Origin: an uncultured Poribacteria bacterium
GTDB lineage: Bacteria; Poribacteria; WGA-4E; WGA-3G
NCBI GenBank assembly: GCA_951828385.1
Contig: OX639973.1
Coordinates: 5,990,845 to 6,054,844 of the forward strand
Reading direction: 5' to 3'
Length of the DNA stretch: 64,000 nucleotides
The notes below the pieces were generated by a model, which ran no database searches, had not been told where the DNA came from, and worked only from the letters and a program-made list of their open reading frames with translations. The translations under genes were made by a program, and so were the position numbers. Positions 7,190 through 16,643 of the stretch are shown piece by piece. The stretch's first letter is position 1, and every line of letters starts with the position of its first letter.

Positions 7190-8698
7190 ATGAGCCAAGA
7201 AGAAAAAAAAGCATCTGAAGAAACCAAGGACGAAGAGCAAAACGCCGATATACCCGAGGATAAACTCTCGGTGACGCACCACAGCGTTACCATTAATGGT
7301 GAAGAGATTCGCTACACCGCAACAACAGGCACGCTTATCCTCAAAGAAGAGGTTGACAAAGAAGGCGAGAAACCGAAAGCAGCTGTTTTCTTTGTTGCCT
7401 ATACGCGCGACGATGTAGAAGATGCTTCTACCCGTCCGATAACCTTCTCCTTCAACGGCGGGCCCGGCTCCTCATCGGTATGGCTGCACCTCGGGGTCCT
7501 CGGACCAAGAACTGTCAAGCCCGATGAAGATGGCGAATTGCCACAACCGCCCTATCAACTGACCAATAACGAGTGCTCTATTTTAGACAAAACCGACCTC
7601 GTTTTCATCGATCCTGTCAGCACAGGGTTCAGCAGAGCTGTCGCAGGCGAAGAGGCGAAACAATTTCACGGCTTCAAAAGAGATATTGAATCCGTCGGCG
7701 ATTTCATCCTCCTCTATTTAGGACGCTATAAACGCTGGGAATCACCCAAATTTCTCATCGGTGAAAGTTACGGAACGACCCGTGCGGGTGGGCTTGCAGG
7801 CTACCTTCAGGGACGGCACGGCACCTATCTCAACGGTATCATGCTCGTTTCGGTCGTACTCAACTTCCAAACAATTCGGTTCGCCCCCGGCAACGATCTC
7901 CCGTATATCCTTTTTCTACCGACTTATGCAGCGACCGCACTTTATCATGACAAGGTAGACAGTGAATATAGGAGTAGCGGAGATGAGCCCCCGGTTGCTG
8001 TTGAAGTGGAACGGTTCATGGAGGAAGTAAAAGCGTTCGCCCTGCAGGATTATGCTGTCGCCTTGATGCAAGGCAACGCCATCGCACCAGGGCAGCGGGC
8101 ACACATCGTCCAACAACTCGCGAAGTACACCGGACTGACCCCCGAATATATTGACCAGACCGACTTGCGTATTAACATCGGTCGGTTTTGCAAAGAATTG
8201 CTCCGCGATGAAGCACGGACAGTCGGCAGATTTGATAGCCGATACAAGGGCATCGATCGCGATTCAGCAGGCGAAAATTATGAATATGACCCGAGCTCTG
8301 CAGTCGTCCAAGGCGCGTATACCGCGACGCTCAACGCTTATGTCCGGGGCGAACTTGAATTTGAGTCGGACCTCCCTTATGAAATCCTCAGTCGGCGTGT
8401 ACATCCCTGGGACTACAGCGACCATCAGAACGAGTACGTCAACGTCGCCGATACCTTGCGCGCAGCGATGACGATCAATCCTGCCTTGAAAGTGTTTGTC
8501 GCGAACGGGTATTACGACTTGGCAACACCCTTTTTAGCGTCAGAATATACCTTCAGCCATCTCGGACTTGATCCGTCTTTACAGGATAACATCACGATGG
8601 CTTACTATCTGGCAGGGCACATGATGTACATCGACCAAGCGGAATTACAGAAAATGAAAACGGATTTGGATGCCTATCTTGACGACGTACTTCTGTAA
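7190..8698 (+). CDS. peptidase S10 (serine carboxypeptidase) family protein
   Basis: FNGGPGSSS and GESYGT motifs; start moved from the TTG at 7082 to the ATG at 7190, which is preceded by AGAGAGGA. Confidence 0.8.
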   Translation: MSQEEKKASEETKDEEQNADIPEDKLSVTHHSVTINGEEIRYTATTGTLILKEEVDKEGEKPKAAVFFVAYTRDDVEDASTRPITFSFNGGPGSSSVWLHLGVLGPRTVKPDEDGELPQPPYQLTNNECSILDKTDLVFIDPVSTGFSRAVAGEEAKQFHGFKRDIESVGDFILLYLGRYKRWESPKFLIGESYGTTRAGGLAGYLQGRHGTYLNGIMLVSVVLNFQTIRFAPGNDLPYILFLPTYAATALYHDKVDSEYRSSGDEPPVAVEVERFMEEVKAFALQDYAVALMQGNAIAPGQRAHIVQQLAKYTGLTPEYIDQTDLRINIGRFCKELLRDEARTVGRFDSRYKGIDRDSAGENYEYDPSSAVVQGAYTATLNAYVRGELEFESDLPYEILSRRVHPWDYSDHQNEYVNVADTLRAAMTINPALKVFVANGYYDLATPFLASEYTFSHLGLDPSLQDNITMAYYLAGHMMYIDQAELQKMKTDLDAYLDDVLL

Positions 8699-8732
8699 GT
8701 CTTGTGCCTTAACCGCAAGGTAAAGTAAAAAT

Positions 8733-9779
8733 ATGAGCTATCAAAGAGAATTTGAGGAGCGGTTGAATGTTGCAGTCGTCGGTGTCGGTTCGCACGGCTA
8801 TCGAAACGTTTTACCGACGCTAACATTCCTCCCCGTTCGGTTGAAGGCGTTTTGCGACCTTGATCTCGACCGCGCCCGCATTACCGCTGAACAGTACGGT
8901 GTTAAAGCCTGTTATCAGAGTATGGCGGAGATGTTTCGGAACGAGGAATTGGATGCCATCTTTCTCTGCGCACCACCCCGCCTGCACCCCGAATTGACCT
9001 GCGAAGCATTGGATGCAGGAATGCATGTCTGGTTGGAAAAACCACCCGGAATGTTTGCTGACGAAGTTCGGAACATGATTCGTCATCGCAAGGATCGGGT
9101 CGTTGTTGTCGGATTCAAGAAAGCATTTATGCCCGCGACACAGAAAATTATTGAGATCTTCGCAACGGAAGAATATGGTCCCTTACGGAGTATTTTGGCG
9201 GTCTATCCGATGACAATTCCGAATGAGGGAAAGCGTGTCCTACGCGAGAAAGAGCATACCAATTGGCTTCAAAATGGGTGCCATCCACTATCGCTGTTGG
9301 TAGCAGTCGGTGGGAAGGTTTCCGCTGTGACCGTTCGTCAAGGACAACGGGGCGGTGGCGTGTGTGTCTTAGAATACGAAAGCGGCGCGCTCGGAAACTT
9401 TCATCTCGCGGATGGCGCGAGGCACGGACAGCCTTCCGAACTCTATCAATTCTTTGGTGGTGGCTGCCATGCCGAAATTCGGAACAATAACCGTGTACTG
9501 CTACAGCGCGGCATGCCTTTCAATTATAGCGGGAGTACCAGTTATGTCCCTGAAGGTTTTGAGAGTGGCGCTGTCGTCTGGGAACCGCAATACAGTCTCG
9601 GAACACTCGAAAACAAAGGGCTTTTCGTCCAAGGTTTCTACCAAGAGATGCGATATTTCTGCGATTGCATTCTCGAAGGAAAACCGGCGGAGCAAGGATC
9701 GCTTGAGTTTGCACTGGAAGTGATGAAAGTCTATGAGGCAGGCCTCCGTTCAGAGGGTGAAACCGTTCCTGTCCTATGA
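8733..9779 (+). CDS. Gfo/Idh/MocA family oxidoreductase
   Basis: N-terminal Rossmann [10 protein letters not shown] and the WLEKPP motif; 348 aa. Confidence 0.8.
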   Translation: MSYQREFEERLNVAVVGVGSHGYRNVLPTLTFLPVRLKAFCDLDLDRARITAEQYGVKACYQSMAEMFRNEELDAIFLCAPPRLHPELTCEALDAGMHVWLEKPPGMFADEVRNMIRHRKDRVVVVGFKKAFMPATQKIIEIFATEEYGPLRSILAVYPMTIPNEGKRVLREKEHTNWLQNGCHPLSLLVAVGGKVSAVTVRQGQRGGGVCVLEYESGALGNFHLADGARHGQPSELYQFFGGGCHAEIRNNNRVLLQRGMPFNYSGSTSYVPEGFESGAVVWEPQYSLGTLENKGLFVQGFYQEMRYFCDCILEGKPAEQGSLEFALEVMKVYEAGLRSEGETVPVL

Positions 9780-9798
9780 AGGCAATTTTGGAGAAAAA

Positions 9799-11526
9799 AT
9801 GCTAACAAAATTGATTTGCCGTAACTTCAAGAACTTTGGTGAGGTTGAAGTCGAGTTAGGGAATCCTGTGGTCTTCATCGGTCCAAATAACTCTGGGAAA
9901 ACAACCGCGTTACAGGCACTCGCTTTGTGGGAAATAGGACTCAAACGGTGGAACGAAAACCGCAAAGGAAAAACAAACCCTGAAAAGCGTTCAGGTGTTG
10001 CTATTAATCGCCTCGACCTCATCTCCATTCCAGTTCCAAGCGCACGATTGCTCTGGCGAGATCTGCAAGTTCGTGATGTAGAAAGGATTGAAGGTAAACA
10101 ACGAACCCAAAATATCCGTATAGATATTATTGTGGAGGGTGTCACCGATGGCAAAGGCTGGCAGTGTGGTTTCGAGTTCGATTATGCCAATCAAGAATCC
10201 TTTTATTGTCGTCCTTTGAGAGTACCAGAAACAGATGAAAAAGGTATCAAGCGAATGCCTATTCCTGACGAAGCGGAAAAACTTTCTGTTGCCTTCCTTC
10301 CGCCAATGTCTGGACTCGCTTCCAATGAAACACGACTTGATGAGGGGGCAATCAATGTCCGGATCGGAGAGGGACGAACTGCAGAGGTGTTGCGTAATCT
10401 CTGCCATCAGATTTCAGTGGATGCCCAAAAATGGCAGAGGATATGTGAGCAAATCCATTCGCTATTCGGTGTGCACCTTGATGAACCTGATTATATTCAA
10501 GAGCGTGGGGAAATCGCAATGAGTTACCGCGATCAGTCCGGCATCTTATTAGATATTTCCTCATCGGGACGTGGATTGCAACAAACGCTATTGCTGCTCA
10601 CTTATATTACCGCACATCCGGGTTCTATCCTGCTTCTTGATGAGCCAGACGCACATCTTGAAATCCTTCGACAACGGCAGATTTATCAGATCCTTACAGA
10701 ATCAGCAGTCCTACACGGCAGTCAGATCGTTGCTGCAAGTCATTCTGAAGTTATTCTTAATGAAGCAGCTGATCGGGATGTTGTTATCGCTTTTCTCGGA
10801 ACTCCGCATCGAATTGATGACCGCGGAAGCCAATTGTTGAAATCGCTTCAAATGATCGGCTTTGAGCAGTACTATCAAGCTGAACAGCAGGGATGGGTAC
10901 TTTATCTTGAAGGTTCGACGGATCTCGCTATCCTCCAAGCATTTGCGAAGAAACTTGGGCACCCGGTGAAAGAAAAGTTGGAGGCACCTTATGTCCACTA
11001 TGTTGGTGACCAACCTGGAAAAGCCCGCGAACATTTCTACGGTTTGCGTGAGGCAAAACCGACGCTTGTCGGATTTTGCCTTTTTGATCGGATTACCGGT
11101 GAACTTCAAACCCATCCAGCATTAAGAGAATACGCATGGGAGCAACGCGAGATCGAGAACTACATTGTGTTCAATAAACAAGTACTCATTGACTGGGCAC
11201 GTGCCGGAGCAATGGAACACGCACGTCTATTTCTGGAAACTTGGGTATCTACAATGGAGGATACCATTAAGGAAATTGAGGATGCACTTGTAACGCTCGG
11301 TAAAGGGACACCGTGGTCATCAAATACAAAAATAAGTACCGATTTTCTGGAGCCGCTGTTTGCTGCTTTTTTCAAAAAACTCCGGTTACCGAACCTTATA
11401 CAAAAAACCAATTATCACACTTTAGTCCAACATGTGCCGGTGCAGCAAATTGATCCTGAAGTCGTTGATGTACTGGATAGTATTTTAGAGATTGCCAATA
11501 AAGCGAAGCCACTCGGAAATATTTAG
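9799..11526 (+). CDS. ABC-type (AAA_15/21-like) ATPase fused to a DUF4435/Toprim-like C-terminal domain (OLD/PARIS-like)
   Basis: Walker A GPNNSGKTT; Walker B ILLLDEPDAHLE; ASHSE. C-terminal YLEGSTDLAIL ... LFDRI ... REIENYI resembles the EG.tD / D.D / iENy pattern of DUF4435. Start set to ATG 9799 after GGAGA. Confidence 0.6.
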   Translation: MLTKLICRNFKNFGEVEVELGNPVVFIGPNNSGKTTALQALALWEIGLKRWNENRKGKTNPEKRSGVAINRLDLISIPVPSARLLWRDLQVRDVERIEGKQRTQNIRIDIIVEGVTDGKGWQCGFEFDYANQESFYCRPLRVPETDEKGIKRMPIPDEAEKLSVAFLPPMSGLASNETRLDEGAINVRIGEGRTAEVLRNLCHQISVDAQKWQRICEQIHSLFGVHLDEPDYIQERGEIAMSYRDQSGILLDISSSGRGLQQTLLLLTYITAHPGSILLLDEPDAHLEILRQRQIYQILTESAVLHGSQIVAASHSEVILNEAADRDVVIAFLGTPHRIDDRGSQLLKSLQMIGFEQYYQAEQQGWVLYLEGSTDLAILQAFAKKLGHPVKEKLEAPYVHYVGDQPGKAREHFYGLREAKPTLVGFCLFDRITGELQTHPALREYAWEQREIENYIVFNKQVLIDWARAGAMEHARLFLETWVSTMEDTIKEIEDALVTLGKGTPWSSNTKISTDFLEPLFAAFFKKLRLPNLIQKTNYHTLVQHVPVQQIDPEVVDVLDSILEIANKAKPLGNI

Positions 11527-11565
11527 CCTAAAGGGGTATTTTGTCCCAAGGACTATCTTGTGCCT

Positions 11566-11691
11566 TTGTAGCACAAACTTTCCAGTTTGTGTGCTTTTAT
11601 CAAACTTTTGTAGCACAAACTTTCCAGTTTGTGTGCTTTTATCAAACTTTTGTAGCACAAACTTTCCAGTTTGTGTGCTTTTATCAAACTC
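11566..11691 (+). repeat. 3 x 42-bp perfect tandem repeat, each unit a terminator-like hairpin plus T-run
   Basis: The unit TTGTAGCACAAACTTTCCAGTTTGTGTGCTTTTATCAAACTT repeats with a 42-nt period (reference G at 11568, 11610, 11652); arms GCACAAAC / GTTTGTGTGC; lies 40 nt after the ATPase stop. Confidence 0.85.
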
Positions 11692-11728
11692 ACGTTAGTA
11701 GCAACTTAGGTTAAAATGGAGAAAAAAC

Positions 11729-12742
11729 GTGGAATATAGACGATTGGGAAAAAGTGGACTCAAGGTATCCGAAATCTGTTTAGGCACGATGACCTTTGGA
11801 CACGGTGCTGACAAAGCAGAGTCGAACCGTATGGTAGATCTCGCTTTGGATGCCGGTGTCAACTTCTTTGATACCGCAAATTCTTATGCCGATGGCGAAT
11901 CGGAAATCCTCCTCGGCAAGGCACTCAAGGGAAGGCGACGCGATGCCGTTATCGCAACCAAGTTTTTCAACCCAATGGGCACCGGTCCCAACGATTCTGG
12001 GATGTCGCGCGCACATATCATGCAAGCGATTGACGATAGCCTCAAACGCCTCCAGATGGACTATGTGGACATCTACTATATTCATCACGTCGATACGCAA
12101 ACCCCGTTAGAGGAGATGCTTCGCGCAGTGGACGATCTCGTCCGACAAGGCAAGGTGCGTTATACAGCATGTAGCAACTACCAAGCGTGGCGGTTAGCTG
12201 AAGCGTTATGGCTCAGCGATGTTAACGGTTGGACACAGTTTGCATGCTATCAACCACAATATAGTCTCGTTGTTCGGGATATAGAACAGGAGATCGTTCC
12301 GCTCTGCGCACACAAAGGACTTGGCATCGTCGTATGGAGTCCGTTAGCCGGTGGATTTCTCTCTGGGAAATATAAGCCGGGTGAACGCACACACGGTGGC
12401 ACTCGGTCAGAGGAGGGGTGGGCATACCCGCAACGCTTTTTCGCAGACAACGCCGATGAGACATTGCAAACACTTTTTGACGTTTCTGAGGCGCTTGGAC
12501 ATAGCCCCGCACAAGTCGCGCTCCGGTGGGTACTGGAACAACCCGCGATGACTTCAGTGATCGTTGGGGCGAGGCATACTCAGCATCTGCGCGACAATCT
12601 CGGAGCCGCTGGATGGCGATTGGAAGCGAATGCACGCCAAAAACTCAACGAAGTCTCGCATCTGCCCGACCGCTATCCTGAAGCGATGGAAAAGAATATG
12701 CACGAACGCAGGGATAGTGCTGTCGATATGCCTCAGTTATAG
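11729..12742 (+). CDS. aldo/keto reductase
   Basis: MEYRRLGKSGLKVSEICLGTMTFG N-terminus and DTANSYADGESE are typical AKR; GTG start after GGAGA. Confidence 0.85.
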   Translation: MEYRRLGKSGLKVSEICLGTMTFGHGADKAESNRMVDLALDAGVNFFDTANSYADGESEILLGKALKGRRRDAVIATKFFNPMGTGPNDSGMSRAHIMQAIDDSLKRLQMDYVDIYYIHHVDTQTPLEEMLRAVDDLVRQGKVRYTACSNYQAWRLAEALWLSDVNGWTQFACYQPQYSLVVRDIEQEIVPLCAHKGLGIVVWSPLAGGFLSGKYKPGERTHGGTRSEEGWAYPQRFFADNADETLQTLFDVSEALGHSPAQVALRWVLEQPAMTSVIVGARHTQHLRDNLGAAGWRLEANARQKLNEVSHLPDRYPEAMEKNMHERRDSAVDMPQL

Positions 12743-12869
12743 AAGCCAATGCAGCAGAAATCCGAACTTTTTTCTTTCAGATTTGACTAACTTAAACAGT
12801 GAACATTTTTAAGTGAATCAGGGTGGCACGGAAGGGCATATTATCTAATTAGATCAGGAGGGGGTCTCC

Positions 12870-14963
12870 ATGATAGGAAAATTAGGAATAGGGAAAATTA
12901 TTGCGATTGTCGGCGCGGTGCTACTGATAGTAGCTGCGGTTGCCGTGGGGCGCATCGTATTTACCGGAACAGGCGGAAAAGACAGTGCTGAGACATCGGA
13001 AGTAAAGACAGCAGCCGTCGAACGCGGTAACATTGCAGTGGCTATTGACGCGACAGGCACGATAAAACCGTTGAATATTGTTGAAGTCAGTTCCAAGGCG
13101 AGCGGAAAAATTCTGGAACTCAGGGTTGACGCGGGTGATTACGTTGAGAAGGACGAGATCATCGCTGTGGTCGAAACGACTTACGTCCAGATCAGCTTGG
13201 AACAGGCACAAGCCGACTTACAATCTGCTGAAGCACGTTTGGAACAGGCGGAAATTGACATCCAGCTCCAGAGGGAACAGTCCGGCATTCAGATTCGGCA
13301 GGCACAAGAATCTCTCGCTGAGGCACAACAACGGCTCATCCAACTCAAGGAAGATATCCGTCTTGAGAAGATAGCCAACAAGCGCGGCGTATTGGATGCT
13401 GAAAATAGCCTGAACATCGCCAAAATTCGATATAAATTGCTCACCTCCGATGAAGTTCGGGACGAAAATAAACAGCGCGCGCAAGCCTCCCTGGAACAGG
13501 ACAAAGCAAACTTGGATCTGGTAACCACAGAGCATGAACGGAATAAGAAGCTTCATGTGAAAGAACTCATCTCGCAGGCTGCCTTAGAGACTTCACAGGC
13601 ACAGCTGAAATCGGCGAAGGCGCGGCATCGGTCATCTGCCGAAAACCTCAAATTGGTAGAGAAACCGGCGACTGAGGCAGAGCTTGAGTTGGGGCAGGCA
13701 GATGTCAGAAAAGCGGAATTCAACCTCGAACTTGCCAAGGAACGCGTTGAGGCTGAAGCCTCGCGGGATATGGACCTTGAACTTCAGCGTCAACGGATTG
13801 TACAGGCTGAAGAGTCATTGAAACTTGCACAAGCGAATCGGAAACAAATTACCCGAAAGGAACGCGATATCGAAACTGCGCGGTTAGCCGTCAAACGCAA
13901 TCAAACGCAGCTGGAACTCCGTCAAATTGAGTATGACGATACGATTATCAAGGCACCTATCTCTGGAACGATTCTTGAAAAACTGGTTGAAGAAGGACAA
14001 TTGATCACTTCGCGTCTCTCCTCACTCGCATCCACTGAAGGACAGGCGATCGTTACCATGGCAGACCTGGATACTGTCTACGTCGTGACTGAAGTCGATG
14101 AAACCGACATCGGTAAAGTCCAAATCGGACAACCTGTAACAATTACCGTTGAAGCCTACCCCGATATGCCGTTTCAAGGTGAAGTCTTGAAGATCGCGCC
14201 CCAAGGACGAGCCATCCAGAATGTGACAACTTTTGAAGTGACCTCCGAGTTGAAAAATGTGGCAGCCACTGGATCACGTCAAGGGATGATGCGAGGCGCA
14301 GAAGGTCGGCGTGGTGGCGGCGAGGGACGAGGGGGCGGTGGGCGACCAGACTTCGCAAATATGACCGACGAACAACGCGAACGTTTCCGCGCAATGCGCC
14401 AACAACGCCAAGCAGAAGGCGGTCAGGCTGATGGAATACCGGCAAGACCCACACCCCAAGAACCACTTCCACAACAACCGGAAGCGTCTGACGTAGCGAA
14501 GACGGAAGAAGGACCTGAAGACGATGAACCGGGCGGACTGTTCGGCGGCTTCTTTGAAGAAGCACCCGCAGAAGTGGCACCCACCCAGACGCAACCGGCG
14601 GACACGGAGACTCAAGAGACAAAAATGCCGTTTCTCAAACCCGGTATGAACGCCAGCGTCAAGATATCCGCTATTAACAAAACGGACATTCTCACCCTCC
14701 CCCTTGAAGCCGTCCTCGATATGCGAGGTAGGAAAATGGTCAGACTCGTCGGAGCGGACGGACAACCCGGACGACCGCAATCTGTTGTGGCAGGGGTCAG
14801 CAGTTATGAGAAGATCGAGATCATCTCAGGCGTTGCTGAGGGGGACATCGTCGCAATCGGCGGCTTTTCGCCTGGCGGTGCTGGGGGTGAAGATTGGCGG
14901 CGACGTATGATGCAGAACCCCGCATCCACAATGCGGCGAATGACCGGTGGCCGTGGACGATAG
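12870..14963 (+). CDS. HlyD/MacA-type periplasmic adaptor (membrane fusion protein) with long coiled coil and a disordered insertion
   Basis: N-terminal TM segment; lipoyl-like motif (IKPLNIVEVSSKASGKILEL); about 250 aa of heptad-rich coiled coil; beta-barrel segment (YVVTEVDETDIGKVQIGQPV). Confidence 0.75.
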   Translation: MIGKLGIGKIIAIVGAVLLIVAAVAVGRIVFTGTGGKDSAETSEVKTAAVERGNIAVAIDATGTIKPLNIVEVSSKASGKILELRVDAGDYVEKDEIIAVVETTYVQISLEQAQADLQSAEARLEQAEIDIQLQREQSGIQIRQAQESLAEAQQRLIQLKEDIRLEKIANKRGVLDAENSLNIAKIRYKLLTSDEVRDENKQRAQASLEQDKANLDLVTTEHERNKKLHVKELISQAALETSQAQLKSAKARHRSSAENLKLVEKPATEAELELGQADVRKAEFNLELAKERVEAEASRDMDLELQRQRIVQAEESLKLAQANRKQITRKERDIETARLAVKRNQTQLELRQIEYDDTIIKAPISGTILEKLVEEGQLITSRLSSLASTEGQAIVTMADLDTVYVVTEVDETDIGKVQIGQPVTITVEAYPDMPFQGEVLKIAPQGRAIQNVTTFEVTSELKNVAATGSRQGMMRGAEGRRGGGEGRGGGGRPDFANMTDEQRERFRAMRQQRQAEGGQADGIPARPTPQEPLPQQPEASDVAKTEEGPEDDEPGGLFGGFFEEAPAEVAPTQTQPADTETQETKMPFLKPGMNASVKISAINKTDILTLPLEAVLDMRGRKMVRLVGADGQPGRPQSVVAGVSSYEKIEIISGVAEGDIVAIGGFSPGGAGGEDWRRRMMQNPASTMRRMTGGRGR

Positions 14964-15032
14964 ACACGATTACCTTACGTATAAGCGCATCCAGTCATAT
15001 TAAAAAGGCAATCACGCATAGGAGAGAACGCT

Positions 15033-16247
15033 ATGGGTATCCTTGAAAGTCTTGCAAACGCATTAAGCTGTTTACTGGCAAACAAACTCCGATCTATATT
15101 GACAATGTTAGGCGTAATCATTGGTGTCGGGGCGATTATAACCACCACCTCAATCGGTGAAGGCGCAAAAGCTGATGTAACTGAACGCATCCAGACGTTA
15201 GGTGCCAACATTCTCGCTGTCCGTCCTGGACAGAGTAGGTTTCGCGGGCGGGGCTCTGCTGATGCCCGCAGAACGCTTACTGTTGAAGACATAGCAGCAC
15301 TACAGGAACGCGGACAGACTTTTGGCTATGTCACGCCAGAGCTGAGCAACCGCGCACAGGTGAAGTACCTCAACAAAAATACGAATACAACCATCGTCGG
15401 CACCTCCCCAGAGTACCTTGTCACAGCGAATTTTAATGTTGAGAAGGGCAGATTCTTTACAGACAGCCACATCCGATCCCGTGAACGCGTCTGTGTACTC
15501 GGCAAAACTGTCGCTGACGACCTCTTTGGTGAGACGATAGAACCCGTCGGCAAAACCGTCAAAATTAAAAATGTCGGCTTCCACGTCCTCGGTGTTATGA
15601 AAGAGAAGGGCGCAAGCGGGTGGCGAAACCCGGATGATCAAGTTTTCATCCCCTATTCAACCGCTATGAAACGCGTTTTTGGAGCGGACTATCTGTCGAG
15701 CATCAGTATTCAGGCAAACAACGATAAACTCATCGCAGCCGCTGAAACCGAGGTAACCGAACTCCTTCGTAAGCAACACAAAATCGCGCCAAATAAGGAA
15801 CCGGACTTCCATGTCCGCAATCAAGCGGAGTTCATGGAAACCTTAGAAGAATCAAATCAAACCTTTACGAACTTAATTTTAGGAATTGCTGTTGTTTCCC
15901 TCCTTGTCGGTGGTATTGGGATTATGAATATTATGTTGGTCTCCGTTACGGAGCGGACCAAAGAGATTGGGTTACGCAAAGCCGTTGGGGCACAGCGCAT
16001 CGATATCCTCATTCAGTTCCTTGTTGAATCCACGACACTCGCTCTTATCGGTGGGATTGTCGGAGTCGGTATCGGAATAGCCGGTGCGGAGGTGGTCGCT
16101 TCAATTTGGGGATGGCGAACCCTGGTTTCCGTAACGTACGGGATAGTCTCATTTATTGTCAGCGCGTTCGTAGGTGTCTTTTTCGGCGCATATCCGGCAT
16201 GGAAAGCCGCAAAACTTCATCCAATTGACGCACTCAGACACGAATAA
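15033..16247 (+). CDS. MacB/FtsX-family ABC transporter permease (no fused ATPase)
   Basis: N-terminal TM, large periplasmic domain, then an FtsX-type TM bundle with the TERTKEIGLRKAVGA motif. Confidence 0.8.
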   Translation: MGILESLANALSCLLANKLRSILTMLGVIIGVGAIITTTSIGEGAKADVTERIQTLGANILAVRPGQSRFRGRGSADARRTLTVEDIAALQERGQTFGYVTPELSNRAQVKYLNKNTNTTIVGTSPEYLVTANFNVEKGRFFTDSHIRSRERVCVLGKTVADDLFGETIEPVGKTVKIKNVGFHVLGVMKEKGASGWRNPDDQVFIPYSTAMKRVFGADYLSSISIQANNDKLIAAAETEVTELLRKQHKIAPNKEPDFHVRNQAEFMETLEESNQTFTNLILGIAVVSLLVGGIGIMNIMLVSVTERTKEIGLRKAVGAQRIDILIQFLVESTTLALIGGIVGVGIGIAGAEVVASIWGWRTLVSVTYGIVSFIVSAFVGVFFGAYPAWKAAKLHPIDALRHE

Positions 16248-16351
16248 AATGTCGGGAGGCCTTTGCAGTTCCGCTCTTTGCTAAGAATATAGACGGGTTG
16301 AACTACAAGTGAAACCTAACTTACAAATTTTCGTAAATTTATATAGATCAC

Positions 16352-16607
16352 GTTGAACTCGAAGCAGATCTATAGGTGTCAATATAAAAAACAAGGGCGT
16401 TTTCGCACCTGAAAACAGATGTTGAGCAGAATACCTCACGAGTCAGAACTATTACATCAGGCAGGTGTGTTGTTTTTAGTCCCGTAGGGACGATATGTTT
16501 ATAGCTGCATGGATTGTTCCTTTTTTCAGCCCTGTAAGGGCGGCATGTTTATAGCTTGTGTGAAATATCCTAAATTGACATTTATGGGTTGAACTGGAAG
16601 CAGACCC
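16352..16607. mobile_element. E3: MITE-like element (16372-16585) with imperfect 20-bp flanking direct repeats
   Basis: TIRs are ATAGGTGTCAATAT and AAATTGACATTTAT; SL3 modules at 16479-16504 and 16529-16554; flanks are GTTGAACTCGAAGCAGATCT and GTTGAACTGGAAGCAGACCC. Confidence 0.55.
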
Positions 16608-16643
16608 AATTCCCAAATTTTCATGAGTCCTGAAGGAATTATT

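Noticed and set aside
11492-11698. 68-aa track ORF whose product contains CSTNFPVCVLLSNF three times
   Set aside because: It is just the translation of the 3 x 42-bp tandem DNA repeat. It overlaps the 3' end of the ATPase gene, has no RBS, and the repeat is better explained as hairpin/terminator-like DNA.
14143-14780. 159- and 168-aa minus-strand ORFs over the adaptor gene
   Set aside because: They lie antisense to the G/C-rich low-complexity insertion of the HlyD-like gene, where stop codons are depleted in all frames. They have no RBS or motif support.
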